Assembly: GCA_965140585.1 (NCBI GenBank)
Contig: OZ223264.1
Location: 882,204-946,203, forward strand
Direction: 5' to 3'
DNA length: 64,000 bases
DNA from: Spirochaetia bacterium
GTDB lineage: Bacteria > Spirochaetota > Spirochaetia > UBA9216
Part shown: in pieces, positions 29,066 through 38,595 of the stretch
Numbering within the stretch: position 1 is the first letter of the stretch
How the letters are laid out: each line of letters begins with the position of its first letter
Made by a program: the position numbers and the translations under genes
Notes under the pieces: model-generated
Database searches by the model: none
The model's input: only the letters and a program-made list of their open reading frames with translations
What the model was told of the DNA's origin: nothing

Positions 29066-30283
29066 CTATTCAGCTTCAGGGGTCCTGCTTAGTATCATAG
29101 AATACTCTGTCCCATGGCTGCTTGAAACCGAAAGAGTCCCTCGCATCTGCTGAACCAGCAGCGGGATCAGCACCCGCCCCATGCCTGTTTCCCGATTACT
29201 ATTACCTGCATCTTCAATTCCGCAGCCATTGTCGGAAATTGTAAATGAATAGCTTTTCTCATCGATATCCCTGATACGGATTATTATTTCGGCATTTGCT
29301 GATGTTGTAAAAGCATATTTAATTGAATTTGTGATAATTTCATTTGTTATAAGACCTATAGGAATTGCATTTTCAAAACTTATATTAAACTCTTCATCGA
29401 TATCATATTCCACATTCAGTTTAAGATCCGGGGCTGCGAGTCCTGCTATCAGATTATCAACCAGCTTATGAATGTACTCTTCTAATTTTATGTCCTTGAG
29501 ATCTTCAGATTTATAAAGTATCTCATGAACAATACTCATAGCCTGAATTCTATTCTTTATTGACAAAGTCTGAAGGCGCCTTTCCCCGCTGAGTCTTTCG
29601 CTGTCCTGCAGTTCTATGAGGTTGGTAATTATCTGCATATTATTTTTGACCCGATGATGAACCTCGCTCAGCAGGATCTCCCTTTCTTTAACCATATCTT
29701 TAAGTTTAACATTTATCTGTTCAAGCTGATGAAAGTAGCCTAAAACCTGAACATGATTTTCAATGAGGTTTTGAAGATCTTCTTCAATAACTGATTTCAG
29801 AATATCCATCAGATGTACATGTTTGTCAGAATACGGATTTTCTTTGGAGTCCAGAATGCATAGTGTTCCGAAAAACTCCCCGTCAGGCCATTTTATAGGG
29901 AAGCCAAGATATGAAATCATCCCAAGTTTGATATCAGGGTTATTTTTCCATTCTTCAAGTTTAGTTGCATCAGGTATTCTAAGGTTTTCACCTGTACCTA
30001 TAACTGTTTCGCAATACAGCCCCATTAGCAGTTTTTCCGATTCCCCCTCTTTGTAAGGGTTCCCGGCAGAATGGCTTGATAGAAATACTGATATTTTTGA
30101 GGCATGAATCTCCATAATCAATCCGGATGGTACATCAAGGCATTCAGCCATAACATTAATTAGATTCTGCCATTTACTTTTTATATCATTTCTAATGTGA
30201 GGTTTGTTACTGGTAACAGGTACGGTAACAGCGATTGTCCTGCCCTGAATTTTTACGTTTGCTTGCCGTATTGAATCAGACAT
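29066..30283 (-). CDS. Cytoplasmic GAF + HisKA_2 sensor histidine kinase
   Basis: GAF (LYCETVI..SYLGFPIKWPDGEFFGTLCILD), EVHHRVKNN, NEIITNSIKYAF and DNGCG. Confidence 0.9.
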   Translation of the reverse strand: MSDSIRQANVKIQGRTIAVTVPVTSNKPHIRNDIKSKWQNLINVMAECLDVPSGLIMEIHASKISVFLSSHSAGNPYKEGESEKLLMGLYCETVIGTGENLRIPDATKLEEWKNNPDIKLGMISYLGFPIKWPDGEFFGTLCILDSKENPYSDKHVHLMDILKSVIEEDLQNLIENHVQVLGYFHQLEQINVKLKDMVKEREILLSEVHHRVKNNMQIITNLIELQDSERLSGERRLQTLSIKNRIQAMSIVHEILYKSEDLKDIKLEEYIHKLVDNLIAGLAAPDLKLNVEYDIDEEFNISFENAIPIGLITNEIITNSIKYAFTTSANAEIIIRIRDIDEKSYSFTISDNGCGIEDAGNSNRETGMGRVLIPLLVQQMRGTLSVSSSHGTEYSMILSRTPEAE

Positions 30284-30364
30284 CAGGTTATCTCTTGTAT
30301 ATTAGCTTAATATAATAAGCATATGGATTTCGATGTCTGATTTCAACAAAAAAAGGGATAAAAA

Positions 30365-31240
30365 TTATTTTAGAACCATATCAAGAAAAGCTTTTCCGAC
30401 ATTACTCAGGCGGTTTTCATTCCAGACTACAATTGAATTCATATTGTGAATCTCCGGAACATCGATGAATTTGAAATTAGGATTATGATAGAGGAAACAC
30501 CCCTTGTCCACGGCTGCAAGTCCCAGTCCTGCTTCGGCCCAGAGCGCAAGAGTTCTAAGGGTCGGGGCATATTTAAGTTTGGGTGTAAATCCAGCCTCTG
30601 CACAGGATTCCTTGAGTTTGGCAACAACGTCACTGCTGACATCAGGGTCGAGGATTACATAAGTTTCATCTGAAAAGTCGGCCAGGGTAAGGCCTTTCTG
30701 GTTTACCTTTGGATGATCGGCCGGGATTGCCAGATAGTTGTGGTTCGTGGCAATAACATCATGTCGGAGAGTCGGGTATTTTCCAAGCTCAAATTCAAGG
30801 GTAAACCCTATATCTATCTGATTATCATTAAGTTTTTCAAGTAGCTCAATCAGCTTGAACTGATCAACGGTTATTTTGATATCCGGATATTTCTCGGTTA
30901 ATACAGAAATAGCCTTTGTGCATTTGGGACTGATGCTTCGATCTTCCAGATAGCCGATTCTGATTGTTCGCTGTGCACCCTCACTGGCCCTTTTTACTTC
31001 TGAAAGCATTATATTAAAATCGCCGGATAGCCTTTTGAGGCCTTCAAGAAACATTTTACCGGGTTCAGTCAGGTATACACGTTTTTTTATACGCAGAAAA
31101 AGCTGTATTTCCAGTTCTTCCTCCAAAGAGGCCACCTGTTTGCTTAAGGCAGGCTGAGACAATTCAAGTTTATTTGCCGCTTCAGTAAAGCTCAGGCATT
31201 CAGCAGCCTCCATGAAACACTGAATCTGGGAAATTTTCAC
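30365..31240 (-). CDS. LysR family transcriptional regulator
   Basis: SFTEAANKLELSQPALSKQVASLEEEL..LF.R..LTEPG. Confidence 0.93.
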   Translation of the reverse strand: MKISQIQCFMEAAECLSFTEAANKLELSQPALSKQVASLEEELEIQLFLRIKKRVYLTEPGKMFLEGLKRLSGDFNIMLSEVKRASEGAQRTIRIGYLEDRSISPKCTKAISVLTEKYPDIKITVDQFKLIELLEKLNDNQIDIGFTLEFELGKYPTLRHDVIATNHNYLAIPADHPKVNQKGLTLADFSDETYVILDPDVSSDVVAKLKESCAEAGFTPKLKYAPTLRTLALWAEAGLGLAAVDKGCFLYHNPNFKFIDVPEIHNMNSIVVWNENRLSNVGKAFLDMVLK

Positions 31241-31324
31241 TTATCCGACCATCCTGTAATATTATTCATTTGAGCCAATTGCGAAACTAACAGAGTTTTG
31301 CAAGAAGCTTCAGTTACTATAAGA

Positions 31325-31451
31325 GTTGTCCGCCGGAAGAGCAACCGGCGGACAACAAAAATATGGAAAATCGAGGCAATTAAAAAGTATTAAACTTTTT
31401 AATTGCTTCATTAGATGCAGGGATATGCAATCATATTTTGATTGCATATCC
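31325..31451. repeat. Three consecutive perfect inverted repeats (12-13 bp stems)
   Basis: GTTGTCCGCCGG/CCGGCGGACAAC at 31325-31356; GCAATTAAAAAGT/ACTTTTTAATTGC at 31376-31406; GGATATGCAATCA/TGATTGCATATCC at 31421-31451. Confidence 0.85.
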
Positions 31452-32971
31452 TATTTCTGGGTTTTTCTGAATTTATCAAGCATAACTCTAGGTGTCATTG
31501 TAGGTCGTTCATATCTGGGGATGTCGTCATTTATACCTGCGAGATATTTTCCAATATCAAGCAGCGGTTTCAGATCGTATCTGGACATCATCGTGATTGT
31601 TTCCATCAGCGGAGAGCCGCCGCCGTGTACGCCTGCTACCATTTCAGCTCCGCTGAAGGGTGAACAGAGCTTGTTTTCCATCATCCTGAAGGTTCTGTGA
31701 GCATCCTCGGCTGAGTATTCAGGATTTCGTTTGGTGTATTTGGCAACAAGTTCCGCGGTTTCCGGATCGTAATAGGACTCTTCAGTAGGCAGTGATGCAC
31801 TGATGCCTCCGGCAAGGTCTGCAAGAATTGAATACTCATTGTAGATTTCGCTTCCTGCAAGTCTTCTTCCGGCATTTGTCAAAATCTCGTCCGGAACCCA
31901 TGACCCATTGGGGAACTTCACTGCCCGGTACGCGCTGGCCTGTCCTGCTGCGAAAACAAGTTCGGCAGTTCCGATTATGTGGGATATCTTCTCCTGGACA
32001 TGGTCTTTCTTGAGGATTCCGTTCACATCTGCAACGAGTGTTGCCTGTGATGCCAGAACTTCGGATACGGCAGTTTTGCAGCCGGTGTATGAGTGTCTGT
32101 GAAAGTGGGCGAACATAAGGGCAAGGTAGCCTGCATACTGTACATTGTCCGGATTCTCAAGACCGTTTAGAAAGATTCTGTCGTTAGGGACAAATACATC
32201 ATCAAAGATTGTCAGGGATTCTACATCGCCGACCTCGGCAACAGGAGCATTCAGTTTGCTTCGTTTTGCCTGAAGTCCGGGAAGTCCCATGATCTTGATG
32301 CCGTCCCAGTCTGCCGGAAGTGCAAATGCAACTGCGTATGCAGCATCTTTTGAGCCCATGAATCTTGTAGGAAGGGCGATTATTTCATCGGTGTAGGGTG
32401 CAATTGAGTTACAGACCTTTGCTCCGCGTACAACGATACCATCGTCGCGTACTTCTACAATTCTGAGGTATTGATCCGGATCCGGCTGTTCATGCGGCCG
32501 TAATCCTCTGACACCCTTAACGTCAGTCTGTGCACAGTTGCATGTAAGGTCCTTTTCCTGGCAGAAAGCCAGGTACTTATTGAGTCTGTCATAGTACTTA
32601 GTGCCGTTTGCCTGGTCACAGTCATATGTAACTACTGAAAGGGCATTAAGTGCGTCAGTTCCCATACATCTCTGGATACATCCGCCTACTCTGTGACAGA
32701 GAAGTTTTGTCATAAGCTGTTTGTTCAGCAGGTCGTCAACCGACTGGTGAATGTGCGTGAACCTGTTTATCTTTTCACCGGTAAGATGTGAAGTTGCTGT
32801 ACATACATCTTCATATTTTGGATCATGAGCGCAGTCATATGTCTGTTTGATTACATACAGACCGCCTCTCATGAAATCTCCGTCACGTCCAACCTTTTCT
32901 CCATTGATATAGATATTCGGTTTCATTTTAAAAAGTCTTTCTTTATATTCTTCGAATGTTCCTAATCCCAT
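31451..32971 (-). CDS. abfD: 4-hydroxybutyryl-CoA dehydratase-like (AbfD/HpaB family) FAD/[4Fe-4S] protein
   Basis: CIQRC and HRHSYTGCK retain the three Cys plus His cluster ligands; AQTDVKG and HGGGS also present. Confidence 0.82.
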   Translation of the reverse strand: MGLGTFEEYKERLFKMKPNIYINGEKVGRDGDFMRGGLYVIKQTYDCAHDPKYEDVCTATSHLTGEKINRFTHIHQSVDDLLNKQLMTKLLCHRVGGCIQRCMGTDALNALSVVTYDCDQANGTKYYDRLNKYLAFCQEKDLTCNCAQTDVKGVRGLRPHEQPDPDQYLRIVEVRDDGIVVRGAKVCNSIAPYTDEIIALPTRFMGSKDAAYAVAFALPADWDGIKIMGLPGLQAKRSKLNAPVAEVGDVESLTIFDDVFVPNDRIFLNGLENPDNVQYAGYLALMFAHFHRHSYTGCKTAVSEVLASQATLVADVNGILKKDHVQEKISHIIGTAELVFAAGQASAYRAVKFPNGSWVPDEILTNAGRRLAGSEIYNEYSILADLAGGISASLPTEESYYDPETAELVAKYTKRNPEYSAEDAHRTFRMMENKLCSPFSGAEMVAGVHGGGSPLMETITMMSRYDLKPLLDIGKYLAGINDDIPRYERPTMTPRVMLDKFRKTQK

Positions 32972-33147
32972 TGTATGTCTCCTAAGATAATAATAAGTTA
33001 TGAAGTTATAATAATATAGAATGAACTGGTGAGGAAAGCAAGAGGGTAGGAGAGGCTTATAAGCAGAATATGTTTCAATTGCTGTATTTCCGCATTATGG
33101 GGTGATATCGGAGGAGTATTTTTTTAGTAATCCAAGGGGTTAAAATT

Positions 33148-34044
33148 CTATATCAAATTCCACTTTTTCCGTTTCGGGTAGCGGTGATATTTCCGGTCGG
33201 TATAGCCCAGGGTGAAGACCAGACCCACACTTCGGTTGTCGGGTATGCCGGTAAATTTTCTTATTTTTTTATTTTTCAGCACAACCTCGGCAAAACCTAT
33301 CATGCATGAACCGATACCCCTTGCCTCGGCCGTGAGCATCATATTCTGCCCGGCAAGTGCGCAGTCGGTTCTTCCAAAACGCTCCGAACCTTTGGGGTAG
33401 GTGAGTATTACCACGCATGGAGAATTGAAAAATAAGGGGTCTGACTCTCCCTTTACGGCAGAGCTGAGTCTAGAGTAATAGCTGGTCAGTTTGCTTTTTG
33501 CAGAATACCGCTTTAAGCCGATCAGTTTAAGAACAAGCCGGCCGGCAGGGTTGTTTGCTGTTTTAACGACCCGGTACATTAGGCCGATCATTGCCTTCTG
33601 TACGGCAGCAAGATGAGCATCTCTTAGTATCACAGCAGAAACCTGGCAGGTATTGCTTGCTGTGGGACTCATATATCCTGCTTTTATAACAGCCTGCAGA
33701 TCCTCTGCGGGTACCTCTTTCTGCCGGTAGCTTCGTATTGAGCGTTTTCCAAGTATAAGCTTATCGGCTGCAGAGATAAGTTCCTGCTGATTGATGGATG
33801 AAACAGGATATGTTTCGAACTGTTCTCCATCTGTACGTACAGCACCCGCAGCGCATATTGCACCGCAATGTCCGCACTGCATGCATAGAGAATTATCTAT
33901 TTCTGAAAATGCAGCTTTTTTGTCAATATTAATTACCTGCTGCGGGCAGTCTAAGGCACATAAGCCGCAGAATGTACATGAACTATTGTCTATTGTGAAA
34001 ATCAATTTCAGGTCCTGAGTTATTTTTTTCTTTTCCGGGGGCAA
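33148..34044 (-). CDS. Nitroreductase family protein with an N-terminal 2x[4Fe-4S] ferredoxin domain
   Basis: CTFCGLCALDCP, CMQCGHCGAIC, KRSIRSY, SPTASN and GIGSCMIG; RBS AGGAG with TTG start. Confidence 0.9.
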   Translation of the reverse strand: MPPEKKKITQDLKLIFTIDNSSCTFCGLCALDCPQQVINIDKKAAFSEIDNSLCMQCGHCGAICAAGAVRTDGEQFETYPVSSINQQELISAADKLILGKRSIRSYRQKEVPAEDLQAVIKAGYMSPTASNTCQVSAVILRDAHLAAVQKAMIGLMYRVVKTANNPAGRLVLKLIGLKRYSAKSKLTSYYSRLSSAVKGESDPLFFNSPCVVILTYPKGSERFGRTDCALAGQNMMLTAEARGIGSCMIGFAEVVLKNKKIRKFTGIPDNRSVGLVFTLGYTDRKYHRYPKRKKWNLI

Positions 34045-34127
34045 GTTTGCTCCTGTAAAAACTTCTATTCCATATTAACACGGAAGAGAAGTTTCTAACA
34101 GTTTTCAGCCTGCTTTTGGAGGATTTA

Positions 34128-35891
34128 TCAGTACTTATTAAGGTAAAGTCTGTAATCTCCGGTACGGAAATATCCGTAGTGGGAGGCCTCTATGCTGTAG
34201 GTTCCAGGGCCCAGCGTTCTTGAGATATAGGAGTTAAGTCCGTAACCGTCGAAGCCCGAGTCATCATTATAGGCTATGCGGTTTGAAGATGAAGGTGTCG
34301 CCCCGCTGTACAGGTAGAGATAAGTGTCAAAACTTCTTGAGCCGTAGTAGCCGTTTAATCCAATTTGAACTGTTGATGTAGAGCTGAGAGTAAATACCCA
34401 AACGTCTGCATACTTGCTTGAGGAACTTACAGATATACTGTCACTGGTGGTGAGTTCTCCGTAATTGTAGCCCCATGAAGCGTAACCGCTTGTAACTGGT
34501 GCATATGTAACAGAACTCTGAGCCGGTGAGCTGTAGAGAGTGTCGTCATCTCTTGCGTATACGCTATAATACCAGGTTCCTGCAGATGCAAGACTGTCTG
34601 AAGCTGATGTCCCGGTTCCTCCGGAATAAACTGTTGTTGCACTGCTGTCGGAAACTGAAGCGGCGTAGCTTCCCGATTTCTTTAATACAATTATTTCAGC
34701 AAGATCGGCATCGCCCGGGTTTGTCCAGGAAAGCGATACATTTCCATTTGATTCCAAAGCTGCGAAGGATGAGGGAGTCCCCGGTGCAAGGGTGTCTGCA
34801 GGTGTTGAAGAAATATAGGCTGCTGGTCCGTAATAATAGGTGCCGGAGCTTTCCGTATATGGAAAGACTGTATAGTTGCGGTTAATTCCATTGGTCAGCC
34901 CGGTATGTGCATAGCCTGTTCCAGTTCCCCTGTAGAGTTCAGTGCCTTCAGCTGCAGACTGCGGTGACACAGAAGTGGATGAAACCAGCACTACCCCGTC
35001 AAACCATGTCCCTGAGGGGTTGACCCAGCTCAGATCTACCCTGTTATCCGAACCAGAGGCGGTGAGTGTGCTTACCGCAGGCATCAGGTCCACACTGAAT
35101 TCGTTCAATAGTGTTCCACCGGGGATTATTTCCGAGCTCAGAGTTACTGCCGCTGCTGTATTGGAGTCTGTAAGGGCTGTCAGGCTGATGCCTTCAAAGC
35201 TTATCCTGCCTGATTCTGCATCACTGAAGCTTAGGGATGTCTGCACCGAAGCGGAATCTGCTCCGTTTGATTGTGTTGAAAACGTGAGAGAAATAGTAGG
35301 TATGGGTTCTCCGGAAGGATTATTCGGCCACTCGGTAACGTTAACATAACCGTCAACGCTGTAGTTGAACATGCTGTTCTGTGAGGCCGCCGGAGGTACG
35401 GTGATATTTGTAAACTTAACTATGGGTAGGTTTGCAGGCTGATAAAGCGAAAGCGATATTGCCGCGGATAAAGCTGTTGTTGCCGAGGCTGTAAGTGTTC
35501 TTTTGCCGTATGCGACAACCTCGCCGGCAGCATCAAGCCCGAATGCTTCCAGTTCAAGCAATGTATTAACCGGTACTGATGCATCTATTACAAAGTTTCC
35601 TGACTCATCAGCTGTGTCCGGGATCTTTGAAATCAGATCTTCGCTGCCGCCCGATCTTCGTACAGAAAGGCTTACACGTGAAATCTCCACCTCGGTTACA
35701 GCTCTTGAAAAGTTGTAGACTGAGGTCGGAATTGTGATGCTTACCTGTCCCAGCTCCTCGGTTTCAGTTGCAGTACCATCATCAGTACCGTCTATCGGAT
35801 CAAGAGTACAGCCTGCCATTGACAAAATGATCAGATATATAATAGTAAAAACTAAAAAATTCTTATTTAGACGTAAGGTTGACAACCGCAT
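34128..35891 (-). CDS. Surface lipoprotein with two FN3-like repeats and a C-terminal PPC-like domain
   Basis: Lipobox MAGC, two LSW.NP..Y.G.GT..Y.V repeats, and FDTYLYLY..IAYNDDSG..SYI..L.PGTY.I at the C-terminus; Ser/Thr-rich. Confidence 0.72.
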   Translation of the reverse strand: MRLSTLRLNKNFLVFTIIYLIILSMAGCTLDPIDGTDDGTATETEELGQVSITIPTSVYNFSRAVTEVEISRVSLSVRRSGGSEDLISKIPDTADESGNFVIDASVPVNTLLELEAFGLDAAGEVVAYGKRTLTASATTALSAAISLSLYQPANLPIVKFTNITVPPAASQNSMFNYSVDGYVNVTEWPNNPSGEPIPTISLTFSTQSNGADSASVQTSLSFSDAESGRISFEGISLTALTDSNTAAAVTLSSEIIPGGTLLNEFSVDLMPAVSTLTASGSDNRVDLSWVNPSGTWFDGVVLVSSTSVSPQSAAEGTELYRGTGTGYAHTGLTNGINRNYTVFPYTESSGTYYYGPAAYISSTPADTLAPGTPSSFAALESNGNVSLSWTNPGDADLAEIIVLKKSGSYAASVSDSSATTVYSGGTGTSASDSLASAGTWYYSVYARDDDTLYSSPAQSSVTYAPVTSGYASWGYNYGELTTSDSISVSSSSKYADVWVFTLSSTSTVQIGLNGYYGSRSFDTYLYLYSGATPSSSNRIAYNDDSGFDGYGLNSYISRTLGPGTYSIEASHYGYFRTGDYRLYLNKY

Positions 35892-38571
35892 CCCAGTCCT
35901 CCCCCGGGTCGTTTTTAAGATATTCCCGGCTTAGATCCAGAAATTTTAAAGACGGTCCGTCGTTTTCATTGATTTTAAGGCAGTTCTCAAAACTGCTGAC
36001 AGCTGAACTGAAATCCCTGTTTTCATATGCACTTAATCCTGATTCAAATATTTCTACAATTTCTGTTTCTTCTGAAGATGCGTCTTTTCTGAATTCAACA
36101 AGTTCAAAAAGTCTGACCGGGGTATTGATTCCCACAACTCTTACCCTGTCGAGTTTTCGTGAAAGAAAACCGTCTCCTATATGGCTGTGTGTTTCTTCAC
36201 TTGTGAGGATCCAGGTCCCATACTGCTTGTTGACGCCTTCAAGCCTTGCAGAAAGGTTTACTGCGTTGCCCATCATTGTATAGTTCATCTTGCGTACGGT
36301 ACCCATATTACCTACAACCATATCTCCGCTGTTGATTCCAATCCTTGTTAGAAGGGGACCTGGCGTCATCTGATTTGCCAGGAACTCTTTATTCAGCTTC
36401 TGCTCTATCCGTTTCATCAGAATAGCACTGGAGCAGGCACGGAGTGCATGATCCTTAAGTTCTATCGGTGCTCCGAAAAAGGCAATGATTGCATCACCCT
36501 CGTATTTGTCTATTGTCCCCTTATAGTCCAGCACAACATCACTCATCTCGCCAAGGTAGCGGTTTAGAAGAGTTACAAGCTCTGCCGGTGTCAGCTGTTC
36601 CGATATAGTTGAAAAGCCCTTCACATCGGTAAACATTGCGGTAAGGTAGCGCTGCTCTCCGCCGAGAGAGAGTTTATCCGGATCGTCGAGTACTTCACTT
36701 ATTACATCCTCCGAGAGGTAATGGGAAAAAGCATCTTTTATAAAACCTTTTTCAGCCTCTGCAGCTCTGAACTTGATGATTGTAAAAGCTGCATAAACAA
36801 CGGCTGTATTTATCAGCAGATCAACAGGTGATATAAAGATTCCAAGATTTATCAAAATCAAAAGGCTTATCGATACTCCTGCAGCTGCAAGTGCAACACT
36901 TATCAGTCCGGAAAGTACAGGCCCCCGGGATCTGATGAGAAATGCAAGAGCAAAGCTCAGCAGCATTGAAATTGCCGATGCCCAGAACCAGGGCCTGTCG
37001 TCAATAAAGCCGGCATTGAGTATGGTATTGGCCACTGCAGCATGCGTTCCAATGTTCACATATTCTCCCGAGAAAGGGTTAACTCCGATATCTGTTGTTC
37101 CGGTTGCAGCATTACCTATTACTGCAAACTTACCTCCCAGGGCTTCACGGAAATAACTTCGGTTCTCAGCCAGTCTTTCCGCCTGGCTTATAACAGCTTT
37201 GCGCCATACGGGATAATCATTTTTGATAAACAGAGCATCCTCTTCGCTAACTGCTCCTGATGCGAGTCCTGCTTCAAGCCTGGAAAGAAAGTCTTTTTCC
37301 AGCTCGTCTGAAAGGTAGTTCTCTATTTCTGTTATGAATCTGTCGATTCCGCTGCTGTATTTCTGAAGCAGTTCCCTGTTTGAGCTGTAAACAGCGCTGC
37401 GTCTTTCCTCCGAAAGTTTCAGGGCAAGTGAAGCAAGAGGTGTTTCTCCCGTATACTCATCAAGATATCCCCAGTCATCCCTGATTCTGATATTTCTGAA
37501 CAGTGATGTAATAAGATTGTTAGTTTCAAGGATAAGGCCGAAAGATATGTGGCTGAAGCTGTCAAAGTAATCGGCATGCGGCCAGTTGATAAGCATGCTC
37601 CCGCTGCCTGTCCGGGGAATTACTATTGTCTCCGGTACGTCCGGGTATCTGGAATTAATTCCGCTTATGATAATTTTACTCTTGCTTACTTCAACAGAGG
37701 GGTTTCCGAGTACCGACATCAGCGGTGTGAATACAAGCTGGCCGTATATTTTCCCGTCGTAGCTCTGCAGCAGATCAACACGCCGTCTTACTCCGTCACT
37801 GTCGATTATTACATTTGGGAATCCGGCACCTGCTGATCTTGTTATTACAGGTTCAATTGTAGGCATTATTGAGGAGGCTGAAGGAATTGAATCAACAGCA
37901 CCCGAAATGTTTTTAAGGCTTATGTTTTCCGTGTAGTATCTTTTAAGATCGGGATCGATATTTATCAGCACACCCGGTGCAAGGTTTACGGTAAAAAATG
38001 CTGAGCCCAGCAGTTCTCCTGCACGGCCCAGGTACTCATCACTGTTAGCGGCAAGATCACTGTAGGTATCAAGAAGTCTTCTTTCAGTTTTCTTAAACTC
38101 ATCCTGCAGATCCGGAAGGTAGTATTCCAGTTCACTCCGGTCAAGCCTTCCCTCTGCTGCGGCTTTAAGCAGTGACGACACTGTGGTTTCCAGTGAGTTG
38201 AGCATGGATGAACTGCTTTCTGGAAGGATGTTATTAAGAAGCTCTTCATCTACTGTGGAGGGGCTTAAATCTACGTATTCAATATCAAATACAAGTACAT
38301 CAAGTCCCATTTCGGCCATGAAAATAACAGCATCGGCAGTAAGATCACGCCTTATAGGCCATGTCCCTGCATAATCTATTGCACGGTCATCTACGTCGAT
38401 AAAGATGATCTCATCGCGTGCAGGCAGTTCCGGTGAAAGCTTCAGTCCTGTGTCATAGGCCATACCGTCCAGAAAACTCAAAAGGCCGGTAACTGACAGC
38501 AGCGCTGCAGCTACGGATACAATAAGGGGAGTCAGTATAGTTGTTTTTAATGCGACCTGCGGTTTGCTCAC
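35863..38571 (-). CDS. CHASE2-domain class III adenylate cyclase with a C-terminal TPR-like motif
   Basis: IIFIDVDD, DIEY, DSDGVRRR and HAAVANTIL (CHASE2); TM helices; MFTDVKGFS, IDKYEGDA (Lys, consistent with ATP specificity) and GNAVNLSARLE. Confidence 0.9.
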   Translation of the reverse strand: MSKPQVALKTTILTPLIVSVAAALLSVTGLLSFLDGMAYDTGLKLSPELPARDEIIFIDVDDRAIDYAGTWPIRRDLTADAVIFMAEMGLDVLVFDIEYVDLSPSTVDEELLNNILPESSSSMLNSLETTVSSLLKAAAEGRLDRSELEYYLPDLQDEFKKTERRLLDTYSDLAANSDEYLGRAGELLGSAFFTVNLAPGVLINIDPDLKRYYTENISLKNISGAVDSIPSASSIMPTIEPVITRSAGAGFPNVIIDSDGVRRRVDLLQSYDGKIYGQLVFTPLMSVLGNPSVEVSKSKIIISGINSRYPDVPETIVIPRTGSGSMLINWPHADYFDSFSHISFGLILETNNLITSLFRNIRIRDDWGYLDEYTGETPLASLALKLSEERRSAVYSSNRELLQKYSSGIDRFITEIENYLSDELEKDFLSRLEAGLASGAVSEEDALFIKNDYPVWRKAVISQAERLAENRSYFREALGGKFAVIGNAATGTTDIGVNPFSGEYVNIGTHAAVANTILNAGFIDDRPWFWASAISMLLSFALAFLIRSRGPVLSGLISVALAAAGVSISLLILINLGIFISPVDLLINTAVVYAAFTIIKFRAAEAEKGFIKDAFSHYLSEDVISEVLDDPDKLSLGGEQRYLTAMFTDVKGFSTISEQLTPAELVTLLNRYLGEMSDVVLDYKGTIDKYEGDAIIAFFGAPIELKDHALRACSSAILMKRIEQKLNKEFLANQMTPGPLLTRIGINSGDMVVGNMGTVRKMNYTMMGNAVNLSARLEGVNKQYGTWILTSEETHSHIGDGFLSRKLDRVRVVGINTPVRLFELVEFRKDASSEETEIVEIFESGLSAYENRDFSSAVSSFENCLKINENDGPSLKFLDLSREYLKNDPGEDWDAVVNLTSK

Positions 38572-38595
38572 TCCATTCTCCCCCTTTTTTCACTT

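Noticed and set aside
31325-31451. Hairpin trio as a mini-CRISPR or integron attC array
   Set aside because: The three stems have unrelated sequences, and no cas or integrase gene is present.
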